Virus record (IMG/VR): IMGVR_UViG_3300027754_000035
Direction: 5' to 3' (one strand)
Origin: a virus
Taxonomy: Duplodnaviria; Caudoviricetes
DNA length: 64,000 nucleotides
Positions 48,158-57,475 of this stretch are shown here, piece by piece. How positions within the stretch are numbered: position 1 is the stretch's first letter; each line of letters opens with the position of its first letter. The position numbers and the translations under genes are program-made. The notes below the pieces were generated by a model. It ran no database searches. It saw only the letters and a list, made by a program, of their open reading frames with translations, and was not told where the DNA came from.

Positions 48158-49239
48158 AACAGATATTTTTTGTCTGAAATGGATCGCACCGTGTCTGTAA
48201 TAAACATACTTAGTGCATAATCCAACCGATTTCTTATATTTTTAATTTTTATTTTATGATTATTAAAATTTTGTATTCCATCCACCAACTTATCTTCAAA
48301 ATCTGACAAATCATCTTTATAAAAGATACACGTATCATCATGAAATAAGTCTGGATTTGTAACTATGTGTCTAATATCACCTTTACAAATTACATTTCCA
48401 TAATTTATTGCGTCTAATTCTCTGGAATTTATTTCCCCAAATCCATGTGGTGAAATCATGATTTTTGATTCTAAACAAACTTGCGCATAAGAGTTCGCAT
48501 CTAATTTTCCAGATTGTTCGGATGTTAAAATATTGAAATTATATTTTTCTAAGTTTTTTAACGTTTTGAAGATATTCAATCTATGATCGTTATAATATTT
48601 ACTTATTTCTTTTTTATAATTAGAATGTGTATTCGAAATACCGACCAAACAAATCGCATCATACTTGTAATTTACAATATCAATATTAATATTGCTTGGA
48701 TTATAAGTCATGCCACTGTTGTAAATCCAATTTGTATTTGATAAAGCTATTTTTGAGTTGAGTAATTCTACGTCGTTATTGGACAATTTATATTCTAAGT
48801 CTGGCACAAGCGGCCACCAATATCGACCAAACGACGTTGGTTTTGTATATAAACTTAAATCTCTATAATAATGCGACTTAAAGTATTTCAAACCAGGACA
48901 TTGTTTGAATACATCAAAAATACCATGCAACATGACGGAATCGTTAGTATCAAAGAAATAGAATGGCTTATCCAATGATTTTAGAAATTCAACACCACTT
49001 GCCACTGATTGTTCATATTCCAATTGCGTATTAACCACAGATCCCCAACCTACAAAGTAACAATCCGCACGTCTTTTATCATCTACAAAGTCAATTTCAT
49101 GGTTTTTGAACTTGTTCTTTAACTCTATATATGGAAGAAATGTTCTCCTATTTCTTCCTGTTATTTTAGAGACATTATTTTGACACCTTTTATTTGATAC
49201 AAATTCTATGTCTTGAGTTTCTAAGATTTTAATTTTCAT
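48154..49239 (-). CDS. Putative GT-B glycosyltransferase (AT-rich)
   Basis: ESKIMISPHGFGEINSRELDAINYG, CIFYKDDLSD. Confidence 0.55.
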   Translation of the reverse strand: MKIKILETQDIEFVSNKRCQNNVSKITGRNRRTFLPYIELKNKFKNHEIDFVDDKRRADCYFVGWGSVVNTQLEYEQSVASGVEFLKSLDKPFYFFDTNDSVMLHGIFDVFKQCPGLKYFKSHYYRDLSLYTKPTSFGRYWWPLVPDLEYKLSNNDVELLNSKIALSNTNWIYNSGMTYNPSNINIDIVNYKYDAICLVGISNTHSNYKKEISKYYNDHRLNIFKTLKNLEKYNFNILTSEQSGKLDANSYAQVCLESKIMISPHGFGEINSRELDAINYGNVICKGDIRHIVTNPDLFHDDTCIFYKDDLSDFEDKLVDGIQNFNNHKIKIKNIRNRLDYALSMFITDTVRSISDKKYLL

Positions 49240-50231
49240 CTTGACTTGATACGAGCTTTGAAGTCTTGATATGTTAAAAATTTACCGTCACCTGACGTCA
49301 AAACTTGCATATTCTTGCTGGAAATTTCTTTGAATACTTTCCACCAATCACCCTTTTCATCACCACAATATCCTCGGTTATTGTCTTCACCAAGAACACA
49401 GGTGCGTTTACCAGCCCTACGACGTGCATGAATCTTCAATAAATTCTTGAATACGTATTGAACATACTTGGTTCCCATCATCTTCTTGGCGACGAACGCA
49501 AAGCTTTCGTCATCATTGTGAACAAAGCAACCTGGAATATTTACGCCGCTGCGCACCAGATCACTGCTGATGACAAAGCAACTACCATCGATCTTGGGTT
49601 CTCGCAATACTTCGATCTTTAGATCATCAATTGTGGCGTTGATGGCGTTCATATTTTCTATTGGTAGATATGATTTGGCTTGATTCACATTGTCAACATC
49701 TGTATCATCGTAAACGTGATCGATATAATTTGGATGCACTGTGCAGTCCCAACTGTTGTCCCACATCTTGCGGTCAGCAAAACATGCCGTGAATCGATAT
49801 ACCGATAGATTGTTTATACTTGGTACCAATGACTCCAAAGCCATAAATGCTTCTTTTGGAAAACAACTGTCGGTTTCACCCCACATTAGTATGTCTACTT
49901 TGTTGCAGTAATTGGCGTTGAAATCTCGACGATAACAAGTCTGTGTATACCACTCATCATCGTTATCAACAATTCTGATATTGGTTGGTATTGCCGATGA
50001 CAATCTGGAAGCTTCGGCGTGAAATCTAGCGATGAGTTCCTTTTTACCTGTCTTGGTGGTATCTATCTTTTCAAAAAATTGAGATACGTTAAACACAAAA
50101 TCGAGATACACATTATCTTTGTTTTCAACGGTACTCAATAAGTTTAACAATCCATCAACATATGTGGACACCATATTGATTTCGTAAAACATTACGTGTA
50201 CACCAATTGCATATTTTAATTTCAGTATCAT
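49236..50231 (-). CDS. Putative GT-A-like protein
   Basis: MWGETD, DGSCFVIS, HNDDESF, KIH; island context. Confidence 0.45.
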   Translation of the reverse strand: MILKLKYAIGVHVMFYEINMVSTYVDGLLNLLSTVENKDNVYLDFVFNVSQFFEKIDTTKTGKKELIARFHAEASRLSSAIPTNIRIVDNDDEWYTQTCYRRDFNANYCNKVDILMWGETDSCFPKEAFMALESLVPSINNLSVYRFTACFADRKMWDNSWDCTVHPNYIDHVYDDTDVDNVNQAKSYLPIENMNAINATIDDLKIEVLREPKIDGSCFVISSDLVRSGVNIPGCFVHNDDESFAFVAKKMMGTKYVQYVFKNLLKIHARRRAGKRTCVLGEDNNRGYCGDEKGDWWKVFKEISSKNMQVLTSGDGKFLTYQDFKARIKSR

Positions 50232-50968
50232 AGTTTATATTGTTGGATAATATCATGCAGATGTTGAGGTATCAATACTTTATTTTCACATAGCCCCAAA
50301 AATTTGTTGCGATCTTTTTCATGCAACAGTTTTACATGAACTGCCTTGATCGGTTTTATAGCACATTCATATCTGTCTTCAAACGACGTCATACCCAAAT
50401 TATACTGTGGAGTCAGTGTGGTGCAGTCAGCATTAAAAGTTGGTAGTGTGGTTTGTAGATGCAAAACGATTTGTTCATCAGAATACCATTTGGGCCCACG
50501 ACCATCGTCCAGCTTAGAAATTCCGTCTCTATTTGTTTCGTAAAATTCGCATATAAAATCCAATAGAATCTGTGACCGTTTGTTGAAAAAGAACGATCCA
50601 CCGTTCCAATTTGTATTTTTTTTGCTATACGGACAGCCTGCAAATCTACCAACAAATTCTGGATATTCGAAATGATCTATTTGCCAAACATCGTAGTCAT
50701 GTAACCAAATATCGTCGTGGTATTGTGCGAGTAGATCTTTACACACATAAAATTTGTTGGCCCATACGTTGAAATCACACAACCTTTTTGGAAATGTGTT
50801 TTTAATACCACGATACTCAAAATCAAAATTAGTAACAACAATCAGATCCTCTGGGTTACAACCGTAGTGCAAGCTATTGTCAATCTGGGCATATAAATAC
50901 CGCAGTATGTTATCGTGAGCATGATATGGAGTATCATCCAACTTTAGATATAAAACGACATTCTTCAT
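50228..50968 (-). CDS. Putative nucleotide-diphospho-sugar transferase
   Basis: IWLHDYDVWQ, NWNGGSFF, SDEQ, YNLG, VH. Confidence 0.6.
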   Translation of the reverse strand: MKNVVLYLKLDDTPYHAHDNILRYLYAQIDNSLHYGCNPEDLIVVTNFDFEYRGIKNTFPKRLCDFNVWANKFYVCKDLLAQYHDDIWLHDYDVWQIDHFEYPEFVGRFAGCPYSKKNTNWNGGSFFFNKRSQILLDFICEFYETNRDGISKLDDGRGPKWYSDEQIVLHLQTTLPTFNADCTTLTPQYNLGMTSFEDRYECAIKPIKAVHVKLLHEKDRNKFLGLCENKVLIPQHLHDIIQQYKL

Positions 50969-51603
50969 CGCTTTTCTACCAATATCTGATAATCTTTATG
51001 GATTACATTGATTTTTTTGTTGAATGCTTGTAAGAATGCTTCAATACCAAGACCACATTCTCCCCAACCATAGTCATCAAACAGAATCAAACCGTTTTGT
51101 TTGACACAATCAAAGCTGCTGATAGCATCTCGCAACACCTGATCCGGGTCGTGTGACGCATCGATATAAATAAAATCAAATTGTTGTTGATTCGTCCTAA
51201 AGAAATCGTTGGTGCTAGTTTGTACAAATGTGCATTGGTTTCTATCAATATATGGTTGTAAATTTTGCAAACAATCAATCACAATTTCTTGATTGTCCAA
51301 CATTCTTTTTTGTTTTTCTCCGTGTGTCAGACGAATGTTTGTGAGGTCGATTGTGGTCAGATGGCAATTTGTAGCCGTCAATACATTCTCCATCATCCAA
51401 ACTGATGCTCTACCTTGCGCAGTTCCCAATTCTAGAAATTTCAAATTTTCAATATCATAAAATCTGGTAAGAAACATTTCCCAATTTTTGATATGAATAG
51501 TGAAATCATCCCAAGGACAAAAGAAATGGTCTGGGTAAGTATATAGATTGGCGGTTCTATTAAACGGATCGCCATATTTAGCACGTAATTCGGTAGTATT
51601 CAT
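50965..51603 (-). CDS. Class I SAM-dependent methyltransferase (Methyltransf_24-like)
   Basis: FLELGTAQG, FDFIYIDASH, GLILFDDYGW. Confidence 0.85.
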   Translation of the reverse strand: MNTTELRAKYGDPFNRTANLYTYPDHFFCPWDDFTIHIKNWEMFLTRFYDIENLKFLELGTAQGRASVWMMENVLTATNCHLTTIDLTNIRLTHGEKQKRMLDNQEIVIDCLQNLQPYIDRNQCTFVQTSTNDFFRTNQQQFDFIYIDASHDPDQVLRDAISSFDCVKQNGLILFDDYGWGECGLGIEAFLQAFNKKINVIHKDYQILVEKR

Positions 51604-52247
51604 ACAGCATAACCCATGTTTTCTTGTGTCGTAAAATTCTTCATATAGTTGTTGTTGTTTTCACGTTGCTTCTCAATAGTTTTATTGTGTAGGATTGCGT
51701 AGTCTTGTTGCGGAGGAACAAACACATACGATTTGTTGCCTTCAACTTTTTCATGTAGTCTACGTTGATAGCGAATGTGTGGTTGGTTGCAAAACAATCT
51801 TGCTTGATAATCGGGGAAGTTAACCAAGCCACCATGGCTGATTCTCCAACCCCAATCATCAATATCTTTTTGAGTATATCCAGAAAAATGATTGCATCTG
51901 GGCAACCAAATTACTTCGCTAGAATCATTGGATTCAAGAATAAGATCAATATTGGTCACCAAAGCATCCGTGGGAAGCTCATCAGCATCCAATTGGAAAA
52001 TCCACTTGCCTGTACACTGTTCAATACCATAGTTTTTGTGAGCACCATAATTGTTGTTTAATTTGTGCTTGTATAGCTTTATCTTGGCTTTGAATAATTC
52101 CAAGACAGCCAATGTTTTGGGACAATCTGAGTAATCATCCACAACAACAATTTCATGATTTGGTTTGAGTGTATTGCATAATTTTGTCAATAACAACCCC
52201 AAACTTTCACCTTCATTGTGACATGTGACCAGATACGATAGATACAT
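51600..52247 (-). CDS. GT2-family glycosyltransferase
   Basis: LVTCHNE, VVVDDYSD, KNYGIEQCTGKWIFQLDADE, FPDYQARLF, LHEKV. Confidence 0.88.
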   Translation of the reverse strand: MYLSYLVTCHNEGESLGLLLTKLCNTLKPNHEIVVVDDYSDCPKTLAVLELFKAKIKLYKHKLNNNYGAHKNYGIEQCTGKWIFQLDADELPTDALVTNIDLILESNDSSEVIWLPRCNHFSGYTQKDIDDWGWRISHGGLVNFPDYQARLFCNQPHIRYQRRLHEKVEGNKSYVFVPPQQDYAILHNKTIEKQRENNNNYMKNFTTQENMGYAV

Positions 52248-52249
52248 AA

Positions 52250-53581
52250 TTATCCAATTTTGAGTTTTGGCAATACAATTTGTGATGGTTGTGCATCACC
52301 AGCCACCTTTAGCTTCGGAAGTACAAACTGATTTTCGACAGCAAATTGAGGTACATACTTGTCAAGAATTTCCCACAACCGCTTGTCCATAGACTGCATA
52401 CTGAATTTTTCAGCATTCTCAGCACGCAACAGTTCGGCATTATTGCACAGCTTTTTATCGCCAATATTGTTGAATATCTGCTTGAACTTATCACCTGCGA
52501 GACTATACGAAACCTTGAACCATTGACTTTCCTTCAACAACCACTGATTAGCCGCTTTTTTATCGATTTGCTCAAGTCTACCGGGCAACAGATTTGCATA
52601 CTTTGGATTCAAGAAATCCAGATGCCCACTCCAATTTGGAGCCAGCAAAGGTTTGCCACTCAACGTTTGCAACAACAGAGGATGACCATAACCTTCGCCG
52701 TGTGTGAACGACACATGACATTTAACCTTTGGGTGATTGAATAAAGCATTCATTTCCAATTCGCTCAATTCTCCGTGCAATACATACACTTGGGGTGGAT
52801 TGCCTGTGAATGTTGAACGAATCTTATTGATCAGATTTACCACTTCAAAACGATCCATTGTGGAAAATCCAACACCGGATGTCTTGAGAATCAAACATGG
52901 CTTTACTTGGGCATTGTTATTAAATGCCTCGCAGAATGTTTTTACCAGATTACCAATATCTTTACGGTCATGATATAATCCTGTATGTGTCAATTGTCCC
53001 ACAAATAGGAACGCAAAATTCTCGGGAATCTTTTCAAGTACTTCGTCAACAGTACCAACACGTTCCTCTGTTTTTTTGAAGATATTGGTATCGGCACCCC
53101 AAAAGCAAACTTCGATGGGCTTTTTTATTACAACATCTTCTTTGCGACCATCAGGCAATTGCTTGGTCATCTTGGTGTTCAAAAACACGTTCTTGGCATG
53201 ATTGCTCAAAGCTATAGTTAAATCAACTCTATTGATTCCTTCCAAGAACTCGCCACTGGCAACTGTGGTTTCGATACCTGCGGTCATGCCGATATTATAC
53301 TTACCAACTTTTTGAAATTCGTTGGGAATACTCAATTGAACAAATAGATCGGGTTGTTTTTGCAATTGACCTTGCAACAACTTACTTGCCAATATTTTGT
53401 CCTCTGGATCAGTGATATCGTCCATGTACCGTTTACTTTGACAATTACCCCATTTTTGTGGAGCAACCTTCACGTCAAATTTATCATATCGAATGATGCT
53501 CTTGGCTACTGCTGTAGCCCAATCACCATATCCGCTGCGGTTGAATACTGGCCCTGAAATTAAACAAAATGGTTTGCTCAT
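52250..53581 (-). CDS. GT4-like (GT-B) glycosyltransferase
   Basis: SGYGDW, FLFVGQ, RKDIGNLVKTF, SFTHGEGYGHPLLLQTLSGKP, WSGHLDFL. Confidence 0.85.
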   Translation of the reverse strand: MSKPFCLISGPVFNRSGYGDWATAVAKSIIRYDKFDVKVAPQKWGNCQSKRYMDDITDPEDKILASKLLQGQLQKQPDLFVQLSIPNEFQKVGKYNIGMTAGIETTVASGEFLEGINRVDLTIALSNHAKNVFLNTKMTKQLPDGRKEDVVIKKPIEVCFWGADTNIFKKTEERVGTVDEVLEKIPENFAFLFVGQLTHTGLYHDRKDIGNLVKTFCEAFNNNAQVKPCLILKTSGVGFSTMDRFEVVNLINKIRSTFTGNPPQVYVLHGELSELEMNALFNHPKVKCHVSFTHGEGYGHPLLLQTLSGKPLLAPNWSGHLDFLNPKYANLLPGRLEQIDKKAANQWLLKESQWFKVSYSLAGDKFKQIFNNIGDKKLCNNAELLRAENAEKFSMQSMDKRLWEILDKYVPQFAVENQFVLPKLKVAGDAQPSQIVLPKLKIG

Positions 53582-53584
53582 ATT

Positions 53585-54157
53585 TTATTGAAATTGTTGT
53601 TCACGTTCTTTGATTGCATCCAGATACCGTTTGCTCGGAGTTTGTGGTGCATTTCCCAAATTTTTGTAAAGGTCTTCCATACTTTTCATTTGCTTGGTAG
53701 CCTGGTCCACAGTTTCACGTTTAGTGTCGCTGCTACCAAATCCACCACTACCACGTTGAGTTGCGGTTAGATCATCAACCTCAACAAATCCACCGACGAT
53801 AGATCCACATGATACAAATATGATTTGTGCAATCGCAGTTTCTTTACCATCCTTGATAATTGGAAGTTGAATTGGTTTGTCACCAAGATTGATGAGTGCC
53901 ACCAAGATTTCTCCACGATAGTCACTATCAATAACTCCGGCAAGAACGTCAATGCCATGTTTTACAGCCAGACCACTACGAGGAGCAACCCGACCATAGA
54001 ATCCTTCGGGGATAGCCAATGAAATATCCGTTTTGAATGCCTTACGTTCACCCGGTTTTAGTTCATACGATTCTGTAGCATACAGATCATACCCGGCCGC
54101 TCCTGCGCTACCTTTACTTGGTACAACTGCTTTGTTTGATAGTAGTTTGATATTCAT
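53585..54157 (-). CDS. dut: dUTPase (trimeric)
   Basis: AAGYDL, GRVAPRSGLA, GVIDSDYRGEI, IAQII, RGSGGFGSSD. Confidence 0.95.
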   Translation of the reverse strand: MNIKLLSNKAVVPSKGSAGAAGYDLYATESYELKPGERKAFKTDISLAIPEGFYGRVAPRSGLAVKHGIDVLAGVIDSDYRGEILVALINLGDKPIQLPIIKDGKETAIAQIIFVSCGSIVGGFVEVDDLTATQRGSGGFGSSDTKRETVDQATKQMKSMEDLYKNLGNAPQTPSKRYLDAIKEREQQFQ

Positions 54158-55122
54158 GACAATTCTTGTTTGATTTTATCAATGTCGATTTTGTGCAAAT
54201 CGAAACCCAATTGATTCTGAGGCAGCTTCTTCAAATTGAAGTCCTCATTGTAGGTAAAGATATCAAACTTTCGTGATGGTGTAAAGTTATTAATAGTGAA
54301 CTCCATTGCTTTAATGAATTGATCACTCATATTTTTTGAATTGATACCACCATCCGCTTGTGCCCAAGCACGGCCCTCAGCACCACACTTTTCACGACGC
54401 TCAGATCCTGCAAGATACCAGTACATGATCGCATCTGAAATCTCCTTGTAATCCACAATGTCATCCATGATATATGGAGTGGGAGGACTACCCTGCAATG
54501 TATTGGTTGTATTCCATAAAGGCCGTACCCAACAACCATGGTTCTTGTGACGCCCCGTGACATTGGTACCAAACTGTAGGTTAAATTCAATTGGCTTACC
54601 ACTGTCGTCGGTGATACCCATTTGATCTTGCAACCCACCAGTCACAGTGGCAATCACGGGAGTGCCACACATGATGGCTTCAGCAATGCTCAAACCAAAT
54701 CCCTCGTTGCTGCTGACGTTGGCAACAACATCACATATGTTGTAGAATGCCACCATTTCTTCTGGGGTTCTGCGGCTATCTTCAATTATTACTTTGTAGT
54801 CTGGACAAATGGCATCCACCACAGCAACTAGATCTGTACCCTCGACGCTACTCTTATCGGTATGCAACCACAACGCACATTTACTGGCTTGCTCTGGGGT
54901 CAAATGATCGCAGAACGTTTTGAATGCCAGAATCAAGTTTGCTGGATGCTTACGATGTGAATTGCGACTATTGAAGCCCACCACAAATTCATAGTTGGTT
55001 TCACCAAAATATTCTTTGCGGAGTTTCTTGACCACACCTTCATTTTTATCCAGTGGTTTGAAGTATTCGGCATTGATACCGTGTGGCACATAATGTAACA
55101 GATGTTTTCCTTTTACTGGCAT
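54154..55122 (-). CDS. GT4-like glycosyltransferase, C-terminal half
   Basis: YVPHGIN, NSRNSHRK, YNICDV..NVSSNEGFGLSIAEAIMCGTPVIA..TGGLQDQ. Confidence 0.85.
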   Translation of the reverse strand: MPVKGKHLLHYVPHGINAEYFKPLDKNEGVVKKLRKEYFGETNYEFVVGFNSRNSHRKHPANLILAFKTFCDHLTPEQASKCALWLHTDKSSVEGTDLVAVVDAICPDYKVIIEDSRRTPEEMVAFYNICDVVANVSSNEGFGLSIAEAIMCGTPVIATVTGGLQDQMGITDDSGKPIEFNLQFGTNVTGRHKNHGCWVRPLWNTTNTLQGSPPTPYIMDDIVDYKEISDAIMYWYLAGSERREKCGAEGRAWAQADGGINSKNMSDQFIKAMEFTINNFTPSRKFDIFTYNEDFNLKKLPQNQLGFDLHKIDIDKIKQELS

Positions 55123-55658
55123 ACTAGTTTTCCTTCCTTGTCAAAATCACCATAGATTGAAGTGCAGTTTTCTGGTCCAAGAACCCACTTATTGATGTTA
55201 TCGGTTTGTTTACTGATTGCAAATAGAGCATCACAACTCTTGTAATATGGTTTGTTCCACATCGGATATGGTAAATCATCCCAAATGTCAAGATACGTCA
55301 GTGGAATCTTGCTGCGCAGTTGGTTCTCAATGGCATACAACCAAATCCAAAAACGAGGGTCGGTGAAGTGCAATATTGCATCTGGCTTTTCAAGTGCCAT
55401 AATTTGGAACAATGTTTCCTCATTACCATATTCATGTGTAGGATATAATCGTAAATAACAGTCTTTACGATTTGTTAGTTGATTACACGGTTCGTCCATG
55501 TTTACTACTTGACCTTGATCGGGATGCTTAATTGCGCCTGCCATTTGAACCCAATCAAAGTGATGGACAGTGCCCATCACCAATTCTCGACTCATGGTGG
55601 CAACACCACTATGCATTCTTAGGTCATCCGATAGAAGTAGAATCTTTTTCTTGCTCAT
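55113..55658 (-). CDS. GT4-like glycosyltransferase, N-terminal half
   Basis: ILLLSDD...SGVATMSREL, EKPDAILHFTD, YLDIWD, AISKQT. Confidence 0.8.
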   Translation of the reverse strand: MSKKKILLLSDDLRMHSGVATMSRELVMGTVHHFDWVQMAGAIKHPDQGQVVNMDEPCNQLTNRKDCYLRLYPTHEYGNEETLFQIMALEKPDAILHFTDPRFWIWLYAIENQLRSKIPLTYLDIWDDLPYPMWNKPYYKSCDALFAISKQTDNINKWVLGPENCTSIYGDFDKEGKLVCQ

Positions 55659-55879
55659 TTTTTATCTTTATTAGGAGTGGAAAGTTGAAACGGCTGATCA
55701 TAGCTAAGTTTTTGACATAGACTATCACTAATTTCTTTGCGAAAATTAGAATCCTCGATATATTTCTCAAGGCACTTATTGACAAAATCTTGAAATGAGA
55801 TTTTGCCTCTGACATTTATTTCTTTGAACTGAGTGTACAGTTCAATGTCTAGTTTTACTGTGGTAACAAATGGATCCAT
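55655..55879 (-). CDS. Small ribbon-helix-helix-like protein
   Basis: TTVKLD strand then two helices (LYTQFK, SFQDFVNKCLEKY); probable start 55879 (alternative 55900). Confidence 0.5.
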   Translation of the reverse strand: MDPFVTTVKLDIELYTQFKEINVRGKISFQDFVNKCLEKYIEDSNFRKEISDSLCQKLSYDQPFQLSTPNKDKK

Positions 55880-55952
55880 AACATATTCACATACATACAT
55901 ATGCAGATATGTTTGGCTCGATTATTTATATTTAAGGTATATTATCGACGTG

Positions 55953-56723
55953 TTACAAAAGTTTTTTGAATTTTAACTTGACCACATCGTCGGTACCATT
56001 TTCATAATTATATACTGCCACACTTCCTTTTTGAGCATCCCGCATTAAACCGACTCTATTGTTTTTTATAAAGCCAAGCTTTGTATTATGATCCAATAAA
56101 TTTTGCAACAACAATGATTCGTTACTGAATCTATTGCATCGTTGATTAGTAGTAATATTCGATGTTGTATTTTTAAGATTGTTATATATGGAACAATACG
56201 TGTCCATGTTTTTTCCAGACCCAATTGCGAACGCATCGTTGATTCCCCAATATCGATTTAGATCCATATTGAATTTGCGATCATACACCGTGTACAATGT
56301 GTCGATGTCTAGTAGCAACACATCGATTGGATTAACAACGTATGCGTCCAATCTGAGTCGCACAACAAAATCATAGTGAACATTGTTTTTGATTTCATAG
56401 TTTTTGCGAAGTTGGTTTGCAGCAGCAACAGAATAATACTGACTACACGTATTAAACCACCACTTGGAAGAACACTCCCTTGCATCCCGCATAGTTGTGG
56501 CACTCAATATTTGTGACAAGCTGTCACCTTCGGACGAAAAATCACGCTGTGGTTCAAATACAAATTCTTTTGGTTGAAAATGTTCAATTAGATTGTGTTG
56601 AACAGTATCCGACCATTGATGCATAAAAACATCAATGTTTGCATGATTGACAATTGCAGACAATATATTTGCATTGATCCACTCGGATCTATATTGACCC
56701 GACACACATACGGCGATATTCAT
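55953..56723 (-). CDS. Glycan-related hypothetical protein (GT-A-like)
   Basis: IAVCVSGQYR, YDFVVRLRLD, NDAFAIGS, ESLL. Confidence 0.5.
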   Translation of the reverse strand: MNIAVCVSGQYRSEWINANILSAIVNHANIDVFMHQWSDTVQHNLIEHFQPKEFVFEPQRDFSSEGDSLSQILSATTMRDARECSSKWWFNTCSQYYSVAAANQLRKNYEIKNNVHYDFVVRLRLDAYVVNPIDVLLLDIDTLYTVYDRKFNMDLNRYWGINDAFAIGSGKNMDTYCSIYNNLKNTTSNITTNQRCNRFSNESLLLQNLLDHNTKLGFIKNNRVGLMRDAQKGSVAVYNYENGTDDVVKLKFKKLL

Positions 56724-56730
56724 ACTAATT

Positions 56731-57468
56731 TTATTTGATGTTATATACCTTTTTGAAGAACCCTACATATTCTTTTCTAAAATCTTTCCACTTTGCCACA
56801 GACAGTTCTTTTGCTTTTTTAGAAAGTTCAATTAGCTCGGAAGAATCTTTCATTTTTAGCCTAAATGGAGTCAGATGATGTATCGCACCAACATACTGTG
56901 GTTCAATAAGATAATTTTTGAACCCCGCGCGCATCGCTTTGTATGCAAAGTCTCCACTTTCACAATCACTGATAAACTTTGTAGAAAATAGTCCTATTTC
57001 TTCAAATAGCTCCGATTTGAAAAACATGATTGCGTCGGCAAACAAAACGTGATGTATACCAGGGCACACTGTGTATGCAAACTCAGAGACATCGGAATGT
57101 TGTTGAATTCCTAACACACCAGCATGAGGCAACGTGTTTGTCAAATTTCTGAACGCATCTATCCATTCAGGATTACAAATTTCAACGTCTGAGTGTATAA
57201 AACAAAAAAACTCAGTGTCGCATTGCTTTGCTACCATGTTGATTGGCTCGGAAATGCTATATTTTGTGTTGTAACAAATTTTTTGAATGTTTGGATCAGT
57301 AACGTTCCAATTTAGAAACTCTGTATTATCTTTATGTCCTGCAACAAATAACTTGTTGTTCTGGTTTTTTTTGACTGAATCCCATAACTTGTTTATGCAC
57401 TGAACCTCCAGGTCCTTCCGAACTGAGAATAGCACTGGACATACAAATGTCGTCGCATTTTTTGTCAT
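56731..57468 (-). CDS. GT2-family glycosyltransferase
   Basis: FIHSDVE, FADAIMFFKSELFEEIG, ESGDFAYKA, AIHH; start moved to 57468, 7 nt after the upstream stop. Confidence 0.75.
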   Translation of the reverse strand: MTKNATTFVCPVLFSVRKDLEVQCINKLWDSVKKNQNNKLFVAGHKDNTEFLNWNVTDPNIQKICYNTKYSISEPINMVAKQCDTEFFCFIHSDVEICNPEWIDAFRNLTNTLPHAGVLGIQQHSDVSEFAYTVCPGIHHVLFADAIMFFKSELFEEIGLFSTKFISDCESGDFAYKAMRAGFKNYLIEPQYVGAIHHLTPFRLKMKDSSELIELSKKAKELSVAKWKDFRKEYVGFFKKVYNIK

Positions 57469-57475
57469 ACTGAAA

